A DNA stretch of 64,000 bases from Marsupella aquatica (lineage: Eukaryota > Plantae > Marchantiophyta), in assembly GCA_973895155.1 (NCBI GenBank), contig OZ316894.1, positions 5,934,368 to 5,998,367 on the forward strand, in the 5' to 3' direction. The position numbers and the translations under genes were made by a program. Shown here piece by piece: positions 26,401-35,915 of the stretch (the first letter of the stretch is position 1; the number at the start of each line of letters is the position of its first letter). Below the pieces are notes generated by a model. The model ran no database searches, had not been told where the DNA came from, and was given only the letters and a program-made list of their open reading frames with translations.

Positions 26401-27265
26401 GAATTTCATCATCAACTGCCGCCATCACTTGAGGGACAGTGATCGTTCCCGTGGCAACCATTTTGGTTCGATCCAAACCAGTGTAGAGTTCAACCAACTC
26501 TGACATCCAGTTTGCCCGATGAAAATAGTCACACTTAGTGTCTGTGGTGTTTGCCGAACAAGACTGTGAAACAAAATCCGCCTTGTCCTTCTGCTTCTTA
26601 GAGGAAGATTTGTTGCTCCCATCGATATCAACATTCCATACTTTATTGTGGACGTCAGCCACATCCCATAGAACCCAGGAGCCCTTTGCCTCTTCAATTG
26701 TTGCAGCTCCACCATGTGCGTAAGGTAAAGTCTTACTACCATGAATCACATCTGTGATTTTTACACTAACCCGAGACTCACCGAGTAATATGTTATGACA
26801 TCTCTCCATTGGATCAGTGTTGAAAACAACTCCAAAGGCCACACAATGGCCAGAGATAAACATTTCAACCTCATCACCTGGCCTTAGGGTGGTCGAAGCA
26901 TCCTCCTGTACATTTGCAGAATTATGGATGTTGTTATCTTTTCGAGTCGAACAACTACCAATACTGATGCGTTTTTGAGTAATCTTATCCGCAGATCGAT
27001 ATGCACATGACATATCCCAAATGACACATGAGTCAATGGCATCATGAAGATTTTCCGCCCTAGGCATTGGAAAAGGGAGCTTCCTGGTCTCACCAAAGGC
27101 CTTCTCAATGAGAACCCCAATTCGATTCTCTCCCAGCACAATATTTTGAACACTCTCTTGCGGATCTGTCTTTTGAATTGTCCCATTTCCAACGTCGTAA
27201 CCATCCATTGTCAAGGTCACATCATCGCCCCTAGAAAACCTTTGAGACATCCTTTTCCTATTATC
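23489..27265 (-). CDS. DUF7869/Sola-like DDD transposase with three N-terminal TnpA(En/Spm)-like repeats
   Basis: Uninterrupted ~1258-codon exon: FAKCTLC, CIIHDKMDQ (D1), LQMDNSAKDNKN (D2), SFLMVGHTHEDVDALFS (D3). N-terminus has three VxxGxI...LG...V...W repeats (LP core in the first two); C-terminal GNFVFLRP...FWLVRA...VEWW barrel-like domain. Acceptor at 27266; possible in-frame upstream exon 28283-28370; first in-exon ATG at 27250. Confidence 0.88.
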   Translation of the reverse strand, partial: DNRKRMSQRFSRGDDVTLTMDGYDVGNGTIQKTDPQESVQNIVLGENRIGVLIEKAFGETRKLPFPMPRAENLHDAIDSCVIWDMSCAYRSADKITQKRISIGSCSTRKDNNIHNSANVQEDASTTLRPGDEVEMFISGHCVAFGVVFNTDPMERCHNILLGESRVSVKITDVIHGSKTLPYAHGGAATIEEAKGSWVLWDVADVHNKVWNVDIDGSNKSSSKKQKDKADFVSQSCSANTTDTKCDYFHRANWMSELVELYTGLDRTKMVATGTITVPQVMAAVDDEILGDDHVGIAVKDVVAAQYFPNIHKGVVSLIRWRIDSTKLVANGKFLSDILVEGSERMDSMDRDELNADVSDRGVLRSRPYNFNKRNQVDPNEKKRRLLETKAISKTTEASIDDVKRENCCKQKCCLIMPRENIEDIRMEFHGMSSESKTSHIFNLFHYREDDVRDKGHHVLKGMVVCRHAFAIIHGFSHTKYYDYKRRYVEGCKIGFHGNTGLMKTRANTLHARALLEAFLTRNAEPMPHMPYGGAHGTDSIEYRLPACYKKLEILEDVRTKMKEEGLPPVTENTLYKIWSNSFANFSFHKDGAFAKCTLCCEYKDSLMRERRKKERAEIEEKRAQHLREQMSCRYVYYAHRVMAKQHPGEYLCIIHDKMDQAKTWIPKMVSTPKSLSGHGMPLPIALTGMLTHGRDPGVYAHFSVTGLWPGDADFTVTSLAKCLRDLEEYNGDKTGDMLDGLHWEPHRPFFQALLDFEAFLTGYLEPKNIPVNRYIGSEDGAESRTETVPNQQDEDDGEDMQGEQGSPSFKPLPRHLTLQMDNSAKDNKNQTVMAFCSELVSRGVFETVQMSFLMVGHTHEDVDALFSKVSYQVQHKEVATLLALMAEVWECESIHPVPRLIQEVASYKEYLQTFKVKDIQGHSKPVSFLFSMRDNVPIFQYKSHVKQAWAPLGGRCIWATDLTTNSLLLPSGEPLAKSIGEIHKKSEEIIPFLNKYLDFLRRSCTDETSIAYKERFPLVKYWERIVELLTNGLALEGEGSTQFPLENRFWPKTNHGTGYKVNQPEQSGPPSEDEENAEMTALQNEVLEEMEDQAAPFVGSRAEREQGRWIPLQDICEGNFVFLRPEDDWENKNGGGHFWLVRALGLVDPKHEVPTTSSTNPSLPRQYAPMFPVEWWRPKHSSKLDVTESARYLNCFMSTKTWERDPGFGENTQHWQYANSAMYGFKSGMKEENMAGRGLKIPRNVLQTVQNYLQRMDK

Positions 27266-27334
27266 CTGCACACTGAAAAAAATGGATTACAACCAAAGTC
27301 ATGCAAATTTTGATTCAGACTGCGATCCTCAAAG

Positions 27335-28080
27335 TCTGGATTTGGACTACGATCCTTCAATTCCGGATTTGGACCGGGACCATCCAAGTCCGGATTTGGA
27401 CTACGATCCTCTGATTCTGGATTTGGACTAGGACCATCCGAGTCCGGATTTTGACCGGGACCATCCAAGTCCGGATTTGGACTGCAATCCTCTGAGTCTA
27501 GATTTGGACTACGATCCTCCGATTATGGATTTGGATTGGGACCATCCGAGTCCGGATTTGGACTGGAATCCTCCGAGTCTAGATTTGGAGTACGATCCTC
27601 CGATTCTGGATTTGGACTGGGACCATCCCAATCCAAACTTGGACTCGGACCATCCCAATCCAAACTAGGACTTGGACCATCCAAGTCCAAACTTGGACTC
27701 GGACCATCCCAATCCAAAGTTGGACTCGGACCATCCTAATCCAAACTTGGACTCGGACCATCCCAATCCAAACTAGGACTTGGACCATCCAAGTCCAAAC
27801 TTGGACTCGGACCATCCCAATCCAAAGTTGGACTTGAACCATCCTAATCCAAACTTGGACTCGGACCATCCCAATCCAAACTAGGACTTGGACCATCCAA
27901 GTCCAAACTTGGACTCGGACCATCCCAATCCAAACTAGGACTTGGACCATCCAAGTTTAAACTTGGACTCGGACCATCCCAATCCAAAGTTGGACTCGGA
28001 TGATCCCAATGCAAAGTTGGACTCGGATGATCCTAGTCCACATCTGAATCCAAACTTGGACTAGGACCATCCTAGACCAA
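27335..28080. repeat. 27-bp palindromic minisatellite array A (TTGGACTCGGACCATCCCAATCCAAAC-like, about 27 units) in the predicted transposase intron 27266-28282
   Basis: 9-aa periodicity in the overlapping spurious ORFs; each unit is an imperfect hairpin TTGGA...TCCAA. Confidence 0.95.
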
Positions 28081-28639
28081 CCCATAATGTAACGGGAGAT
28101 AAACTTCAAACATTTTAAGCTAAGAAAATTCCAAATTTAGGAAGACTCCGTATTTTACGGATCTCCCTATATGGTGTAGCCTAAAGTTTGCGTGGTCTTA
28201 AGGTAGACCCTAATGTCTACATACAGTTTCATGAAATAATGAAACCTAGCCTTATATTTGAATGCGTTAACCTTATACTCACCTTAGTATTAAGATCTGG
28301 TAGAATATGAATATCACATCCAAGGGGGATACATTGTTGTCTGTAGATTGGTAAAAACTTTCCCAGAACCCTGAAATACAAGCTATATGCCACTAAATCT
28401 TGGGAGTAAAAAACAAACTGAACCCTAAACCACACATGTCTGTAAAAGATAAACTGAGAGGACCCCAAAAGTCAAGAAGCTGGCTAAGCTGACCCATTGA
28501 AGGTAAGTGGCTCAATACATAACACTTTAAGAGAAACTCCGGATTACATGGAGCTTAGATTTGGGAAACTAGAACAAGAATGAGCTCCGAAGTGGGCGTC
28601 TCCCGAAATATACCCTTTGCTCGAGTCGGCTCAAACGGA

Positions 28640-29142
28640 AATCGCGTGAAGATAAGGGTTGAGTACCCCTTCACCTTAGCTTGCGGCACACCTTATCTTC
28701 ACGAGCCTAATTGCGCGGGGACTACCGTGCAAGGCTGTTAGGTAGGCAGGACATCAAGGAAGGAGGCCCGTATGCAGGGTGCGGGCAACGGGCCGTACGC
28801 AGGAGCAAGCCGTACGCACTATCAGGCCGTACGTAGGAGAAGGAGGCAACCGGCCGTACGCAGGCCGGGGTGAGGCAGGAGGGGGTAAAGGGACGGAGAG
28901 GTCCAGCCAGGACCTCATTCTCATTCTCACTCTTTCGCTCCTCACTCTGCTCACGCTCTCCACTCTCCGCCTCCGCTCTCTGCTCTTTGCCTTCACTCGC
29001 TCGCTCTCCTCGCTCTTTGCTCTCCGCTCTCTCTCCGCCTCCCCGCCTCTGCCTGCTTCCGCCTCCACCTCCATTCTTTTTCATTGCCCTAAATCGGACG
29101 CCTGCTAAGAAGCCACGTGTCACTCTGCCACGTGTCAGAAAG
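28640..29142. promoter_or_regulatory. Putative bidirectional promoter between transposase and cargo gene
   Basis: GC-rich block between divergent genes; 13-bp inverted repeat (28645-28657/28691-28703); four CCGTACG plus one CCGTATG (28765-28865); CT-rich tract 28915-29080; two GCCACGTGTC G-boxes (29112-29136). Confidence 0.55.
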
Positions 29143-29303
29143 ATGGAAGCGAATCGCGTCCTTGTGAAGTCCTCCGTGGAAGCAACAGAGGAGTTTGACC
29201 TCTCCTCTATGAGCGACAGTGTAGAACTGGCACTTGAAGACTCCAAACAATTTCAATCAAGAATCCCTAGTAAGTATCCATCACCTATCCTCCCTAAGTC
29301 TTA

Positions 29304-29672
29304 GAGGACTGGGACCATCCGAGTCCAAAGTTGGACTCGGATGATCCCAATCCAAACTTGGACTCGGACCATCCCAATCCGAACTTGGACTCAGATGATC
29401 CTAATCCAAACATGGACTCGGATGATCCCAATCCAAAGTTGGACTCGGATGATCCCAGTCCAAAGTTGGACTCGGATGATCCCAATCCAAAGTTGGACTC
29501 GGACCATCCCAATCCAAACTTGGACTCAGATGATCCTAATTCAAACGTGGACTCGGATGATCCCAATCCAAACTTGGACTCGGATGATCCTAATCCATCC
29601 AGGAGATTGAATCTCGATTGTAGGAGCAAGACTAAAACCATCTCAAGTTGGACTAGGACCATCCTAATCCAA
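29304..29672. repeat. 27-bp palindromic minisatellite array B (about 11-12 units) in intron 1 of the cargo gene
   Basis: TTGGACTCGGATGATCCCAATCCAAAC units, same family as array A, lying within GT 29270...AG 29735. Confidence 0.95.
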
Positions 29673-31529
29673 CAAGAGTTATTCAAATGTTTTAAACTTA
29701 ATAAGTCTAACATGGATGATGTTTTTATGATGCAGGGAGCGATCTTGTTGGTTTCAAACCCGCGATTGCACCGACCGACTGCCGGGACGGATTCTTACTA
29801 GATGAGAGATCCCCAGGCTTCCGATGGGGGCTTGAGTTCTCAAGAACCCCGCTTAATAATGAAGTGCCATCAAGCACGATTGAACCTGTTTTGACCTTAA
29901 AGTGCAGAGCAAATGATAGCCTGACTTTGGTTTGCGGACCTGTGGTCTCTGTTGGCATTGGAGGGAGAGGGATGAATTCGGTCATTCTGGAGATGCACGA
30001 TAGGTCATGCTGGGTTAAAGTTAACCTTATGTCAAAGGCATACTCCTCAGAATTCAATGTCGAATGGCACGCAAGTGGTGAATTGAGCGTTTTATCAATG
30101 GGATTTTTTCCAAAGACATATGACACAAAGAAGTTGGTCATCGGGGTAACTGGTATGCTTCCAGTCGACATTATGTATGGGTTTCAATATTTGAAACTCA
30201 ACATGATGAAGCACCAAGGCAATTTCTCTTTTGCAACTACTTGGACGTTAAGCAATTTACTTGAGAAAGTTGGATTGTTATCGTTGGAGTCAGAGGAGCC
30301 TGGTGTTTTAATTGATAAGGATGTTGCATTTGATCCCAACTTTGATTTAGTCAAAGCAAAGCAATGGATAGAATCTTTGTCAAAGACGAGAAACCTTCCA
30401 ACGGTGAATACAAACCCTGTGCCCGAGAAGGCGCCAGAGAAAGCTCCAGAACCTACAACAGAGACCGCGGGAACTACAGCAGCAACCTCTCAAAGAGCAG
30501 TGGGAAACAAAAACAAAGCCAAAGGAAACCTCCGGTTGAAAAGAAACTTCCAGTTGAGAAGCTGGTTGAGAAGCCGAGTACGAGAAGCCGAGTTCAGAAG
30601 CCAGTTGAGAAGCCGAGTACGAGAAGCCAAGTTGAGAAGCCAGTTGAGAAGAAACGTCCGGTTGAGAAGCCAAGTGCAAGTGAAAAGAGGCCACGACAAA
30701 AGAAGAAACAGAAAATTGACAGTGTCATCATGGATGACACTACAGAAAACCTGACAGTGCATTCACAAGATATGGACGAGCAGTTGGACGCTCCTGAGGA
30801 GAAGAAGGTCTTAGAAGGTAATGAGGTACTACAACAAATGGAGCAATATTATACGTTTGGGATCAATTCGATATTTTCTATTCCCGTAGAGAGTATTTTC
30901 CCTGCGTCGGCAAGACTCTGTTACAGAATGTTGAATGCAGACCATGTAAAGGAGGTGGCCAATTCCATGATAAGAAATCCGGGGCATGAACCACACATAG
31001 CAGACTTGATTCCTTACACTACAAAACATAGAAACCTAATGCAATATGACAACACGGAATCAGATAGGAGGGACTTTGTAGCAGCCGTGAAAAAGGGGGA
31101 GGTTCAATTCCTTGCCATTAGCGGTCAACATTCAGCCAGAGCAGCCAGATGGATTCGAGAATGGGCAAACAAGGATGCCAAGCTAACAGCATTGGCAAAA
31201 AAGCTGGAATTTCGAAAGTCAAGAATATTATCTCATTGAACACCATCATCAATATTAGTTGAGCATTCAATGCGATCTAATGCTATCAATAGCACGATGG
31301 TGTTTCAGTCATGCTTCAAAGATACAGTCGTTCATGCTAGGCGGCAATTTGTGGAATGTGGAAAACCTAGCCGGCCAAAACATGGGGACAACAAAACAAA
31401 CGCTCAACTGAAGACAATCAAAAATTTCAGGTATGAAGTGTTACTGCTTGATTGGTACAATACCGTAGACTCTCCATGTGTGATTACAATTGAGATGGTA
31501 GTCTTTGACCACAAAGCTTCAAGTTTGCT

Positions 31530-31872
31530 TTGGATTGAGATGGTCCGAGTCCAAATGGATACATTCACATTCAGTAGAATATTTCCACTGATATCGTCTA
31601 GTTTTGTGTTGGACTGGGATGGTCCCAGTCCAAATGGATTCATGCACATTCAATAGACTATTTCCACTGATATTGTCTAGTTTTGTGTTGGACTGGGATG
31701 GTCCCAGTCCAAATGGATTCATGCACATTCAGTAGAATATTTCTCCACTGATACCGTCTAGTTTTGTTTTGGATTGGGATGGTCCTAGTCCAAACTAAAT
31801 CATGCACATTCAATATAATATTTCCACTGATACTGTCTACTTCTGTGTTGGACTGGGATGGTCTCAGTCCGC
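31530..31872. repeat. Array C: four ~80-bp units each carrying the palindrome TTGGACTGGGA-TGG-TCCCAGTCCAA, in intron 2 of the cargo gene
   Basis: Perfect 11-bp-arm hairpin in two of the units; core inverted relative to arrays A and B; one further copy at 31530. Confidence 0.9.
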
Positions 31873-34524
31873 ACCTGAGTGCTTTCAAACAATTGAGTTA
31901 TGGAGAACTAACAGACGTTCCTTTGCAATTGTAGGATTGGTTGGCTCTTGCAAGAATGACCATGGGAAGGAAAGATTGTCGTAATGTCTACTGGTTACTG
32001 TTTGCCGACAATGCTCTTTTTGATTTATGGAGTTTGGTATGCCAATTGTGGTTGGATGGGAAACTTCCCGATGGAGCTGGTGTAGAAGGAAATGAGAAGT
32101 CTGAAAAAGCAATTACTGTTGCCATGTTTCGTTGTTTTGATGGTGAGTTGATCTCACAACGAGACATCACAAGAATACTGACGCGGGTGAAGTCAGGAAA
32201 GGTATTGCTAAAGAAAGATGCCTCTAATAAATCAGACATGCCATCTATAGAGGAGTTGGCCAAAGATGTGAAGATCGTGCGGAAACTCAAGTCCCTTATT
32301 GAAGACTACTATTGCACCAAGGATGCGGTGAATTTCCCGACAAATACTAATTGGGGGAAAGTAGTTGAGGTTCTTCCTACGCTAGCAATTGATTCAGAGT
32401 TCAGCAGGTGTCGAAGAGCCGCTGGCGAGGTCTATCTTGCCAACCTTTTAAAGCCAAATCATACGCGGGAGAGCGCAATCTTGCCGACGGCATTGGTATT
32501 CCGCCTAGATGATATATACTGCCAGAGATTTGGCGGAGGATCACGTTCTCGGACCCTACCATGGGTTACATTTTTTAGCGACAATCTCATGAAGACCATT
32601 GATCCAGAGTCATTGCAAGAAGCTCCTCCGACCTGCCCTCTTGCCATTGTTGATTTTAGCCGGCTTCCACAAAAACAGTGGACTGAAGCAGAGATTCTTG
32701 TTCTCTTTGAATACATTGTGGAGCTTCCACAAAATCCCACGATTGTGGTGACGATAACAGTTCATCCTGGACAACTTGCACTGAATGTCCATGGTGCCCT
32801 TCGTAAATTGGGACAAGAGAAAGCTTTGACCATTCACATTGAGTATGGGAGTTATTCACGAGATGATCAACCGCACCCTCATGACTCATGTTGGGGTGGA
32901 GGGATTGAAGAAGTTATCTTTGCAGGGATTTCTCGAGATGAAGACGTCAATTGGAATGAAGTTTTCAAGCCCAACTATCCAAAGCCAAAATTCTTGTATA
33001 CTTCAAAGGATGTTGATTATGAAGTATGCAAGATCGACAAGGGAAAGGGGAAAGCTAAGGAATCAGATGAGGGGACACAAAACGACGACCTAAAAGTGGT
33101 TTTGGACCCGGAAGAGGCCGTCAAGATTATGAATATGGCCCCTCGATTTGAGACAGTTGGTAGTCGCGGAGGATGGGTTAATCCTCATGCCAAACCCACG
33201 CGGATGATCCGAAGGATTATTGAATCCTTATCAGAACCGGGAGATTTGGTTCTAGATTTTTTCTCCGGTGGCCAAGTCATGAAGACATCATTTTTTTGCG
33301 ATAGGGAATGCTTTGTTTATTGTGACTCTCAGTCCGAGAGGCATTTTGTGGAAGCTTTTGCTTCCTACCTTTGCGAGAGAGTTCCCTCACTTAAAGCCCA
33401 TTGTGAATCACTTGCTGAAAATTCTCGACAATGGGCTACCACTATTGCGGCTGTAGCTGTCGCTGTTGAATCCGACGGTTCTGAGTCTGAAGATGTTGCT
33501 GACAAAGTGGCTAAAGGCGTAGAGGCATCAGACGAGGCATATGTCAAAAATTTGGATGACCGTGTTGGTCAAGGTGAGCCTTACGATGTAGATGATGATA
33601 TTGGACTTGCACCAAACCGTTCATCTGGTTTAGATGACATCCCTCCGGGGCCCCATGAAGTTCAAGTTGATGATAACTTGGACAAGGATGATCCCAATCC
33701 AACAACGCCGGGAGGACAGATGGAGCAACTGGAAGGAGCAAGGGTTGATATGTTTGATCATCTTTCTTCAACCAATCTGATCAACGAAGGCGCAACGAGG
33801 CTTGGAGATTCAAATGAAGCTGAAACTAACGAATTGACTCGTGGGGAAGCCGGCGGATTGCCTGACATTCCCATCAATCCAGGAGGAAATGCATCAACGG
33901 CTGCTGACAACCAGGCAGGTGCTTCAACTTGTCCTGACACACTCTTTTCAGCTTCTGATGACAAATTGGTGTTCGTTCGTTCACACTCGAGGAGTCCTGT
34001 TGTCCTTCCGTTCTCAAAAAAGAAAGGGAATAGAGTTGGATCAACTGGATGGAGGTCATTGGAACGCGACGCACGATGTTACGTGTGGAAAAGTGGGCCA
34101 AATCGAGGCCAAGAAATATCATTGGAAGCTGCTCCTTCAATTCTCAATAAGGAGGAGTATAAGAGGGGAGAATTGGGGTTCATAACTCCTGTTTGGACTT
34201 CTCCTTATTGGGTAGAACAAAGTACTTCAGATGTCAATTTTGAAATCCAACAGGAGCTTGGTGCTGACATGATTATTGATGAATACGGATCTCTTATTTC
34301 GGAATGAAATTCAGCCTTTGACTTTCTATTTATTCATATCAATCTAAAATACTTCTCGGTCTCACAGAATGGGCTCACCAATTAAAGTCTCCATATCCGT
34401 CTACACATTGTGAGGCTTCTAAAAACGGTATGTAGGTTAATTTTCGTTTTTGTCAGCCATTGTGTTGTATTTTTGGACTGAGACAATCCTAATCCAAAGT
34501 TCACTTTTGGTCTTTTCTCTGAGA

Positions 34525-35583
34525 ATGGTGTTTGGTGCACTTGCAGAATCGAGACCTGGTCCCGTCAAGCGGAAGTTGCTGATTTTGGACCTTAATAAAA
34601 TACTTTGGGATTCTATTGAATTCCAAAACAAGGGCACATCCAGGAATATTGTCACCTCAAGTGGAGTGCATTGGGATAGAAAAAATGGTATTAGTCGCAT
34701 GTATACAGAACGACCAGGGCTCCATGAGTTTCTAAAGTTGGTTTTTGACAGATTTGACGTTGCAATTTGGACTTGTGCTGGGGTAGAACGAACAGTGAAA
34801 ATGCTGAACATGATGTTCACTGTTGAGGAGCGGTTGAAACTTAAGTTTGTATTCACACAGGTGGAAGCCTTTGACACAGGCATTCAAAGGCGTGACATTA
34901 CAAACGGAAAGGCAAATGTGCTACTGAAGGATTTTCAGGTGGTATGGAATGCATTTGGAAATCTATATGATGAAACCAACACCCTCCTTGTGGATGACTC
35001 CCCCCTTAAGGCATTTGCCAACCCAGACATGACCGGATTATTTCCAGTGCCCTACACGCATGCCAATCGTGGAGATAATTTTCTTCTAGCAATTCTTTGG
35101 CCATGTCTTGAGAAACTATCACATGCAAGTGACATTCGATGCTATCTTCTTCTCAACTCTCCAAAGTGGTCTCTTTTGCACATGAAGAGAGACAAGGCAA
35201 AAAATGAGATTACTTATGATCAACTTAGCAAGAGATTTGCAGCAAAAATTTGGAAGTCACAGTTTACACATAGTGTGTTGGACCTCAACAGTAATGAGAT
35301 CCCTTGGAATGTAAAGCACCGTATATGTAGTTTACGTCCTGAGGTGGAACTTGACAATGCACTTGTCAACTCACTTGCTAAATCATTTTTAGGAAAGGAC
35401 TATTCAGGTCCATATAGAGAAAATCCCAGACACTTTTTGCGGGAGATTATAGCCATTAGGAACAACACCACCAGATTTCAACTCCCTGAAAATAAAGTGA
35501 GTTGCAACCGTGACAATAGGGTAGATAGGAAAGGAGACAGGGGCACATGCTCAAATACACATTGTAGGGAGCACTTGGTTTAG
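34525..35583 (+). CDS. FCP1/SCP (NIF)-like HAD-superfamily phosphatase domain protein, transposon cargo
   Basis: KRKLLILDLNKILW (DLN variant of DxD), ERPGLHEFL, FDVAIWTCA, LLKDF, NTLLVDDSPLKAFANP; open frame to 35583; may be spliced to an upstream 60-nt exon 34368-34427. Confidence 0.85.
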   Translation: MVFGALAESRPGPVKRKLLILDLNKILWDSIEFQNKGTSRNIVTSSGVHWDRKNGISRMYTERPGLHEFLKLVFDRFDVAIWTCAGVERTVKMLNMMFTVEERLKLKFVFTQVEAFDTGIQRRDITNGKANVLLKDFQVVWNAFGNLYDETNTLLVDDSPLKAFANPDMTGLFPVPYTHANRGDNFLLAILWPCLEKLSHASDIRCYLLLNSPKWSLLHMKRDKAKNEITYDQLSKRFAAKIWKSQFTHSVLDLNSNEIPWNVKHRICSLRPEVELDNALVNSLAKSFLGKDYSGPYRENPRHFLREIIAIRNNTTRFQLPENKVSCNRDNRVDRKGDRGTCSNTHCREHLV

Positions 35584-35835
35584 ATATTTAATTGACTTGT
35601 GTTAAGCCCCTTGGATAGTACTAGAAACATGTTCGTATTCAATGTAAATTTGCAGATAATTGTATAAAGATATTTTATAATCTATTTGGAATGATGTTAT
35701 TTTGTTCACAGAATATCTGGTCCTTAAATGGGGATGAAATAACTTTATAAATTTTTATCCTCCATTTCTATGTGAGTTATTAAATAATATAATATGTATT
35801 ATTTATTAATATAATATTAATGTGATTTGGCCTAT

Positions 35836-35915
35836 AAAGTGTACATTTAGAGACACAAAAGTGTACATTTGGGTGTCTTGAAGTGTACATTTGGGGACAT
35901 GAAAGTGTACATTTC
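35836..35915. repeat. Right subterminal AAGTGTACATTT repeats (4 copies)
   Basis: Same motif and same strand orientation as the left array, adjacent to the right TIR. Confidence 0.88.

Larger units (their letters stand above)
29143..34307 (+). pseudogene. Spliced transposon cargo gene: unknown N-terminal domain, VEKP repeats, ParB/Srx-like domain, beta-class N4C/N6A DNA-methyltransferase-like fold
   Basis: Exon 1 29143-29269 (GTAAGT donor) joins in phase to exon 2 at 29736; exon 3 starts at 31935. ParB-like YRMLNADHV...LAISGQHSARA (30920-31145). MTase NPHAKPTRMIRRIIESLSEPGDLVLDFFSGG (33180-33272); motif-IV position LAIVDFSR (32640-32663). Lesions: frameshift at about 30527, in-frame TGA at 31237-31239, probable 1-bp loss at about 31420-31424. 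Confidence 0.75.

Noticed and set aside
27217-27950. Repetitive ORFs (DGPSPN, MVRVQVWIG repeats)
   Set aside because: Translations of the 27-bp minisatellite; open in several frames and on both strands, and inside a predicted intron.
29294-29801. DSDDPNPNL-repeat 'proteins'
   Set aside because: Same minisatellite; the array lies between a GTAAGT donor and an in-phase AG acceptor.
31567-31872. CRISPR-like palindromic repeat with ~55-nt spacers
   Set aside because: The intervening segments are near-identical copies of each other, so this is a tandem repeat.
32640-33272. Calling the cargo an active 4mC/6mA methyltransferase
   Set aside because: No DPPY/SPPY/NPPY motif is visible and this copy has an upstream in-frame stop; only the fold is supported.
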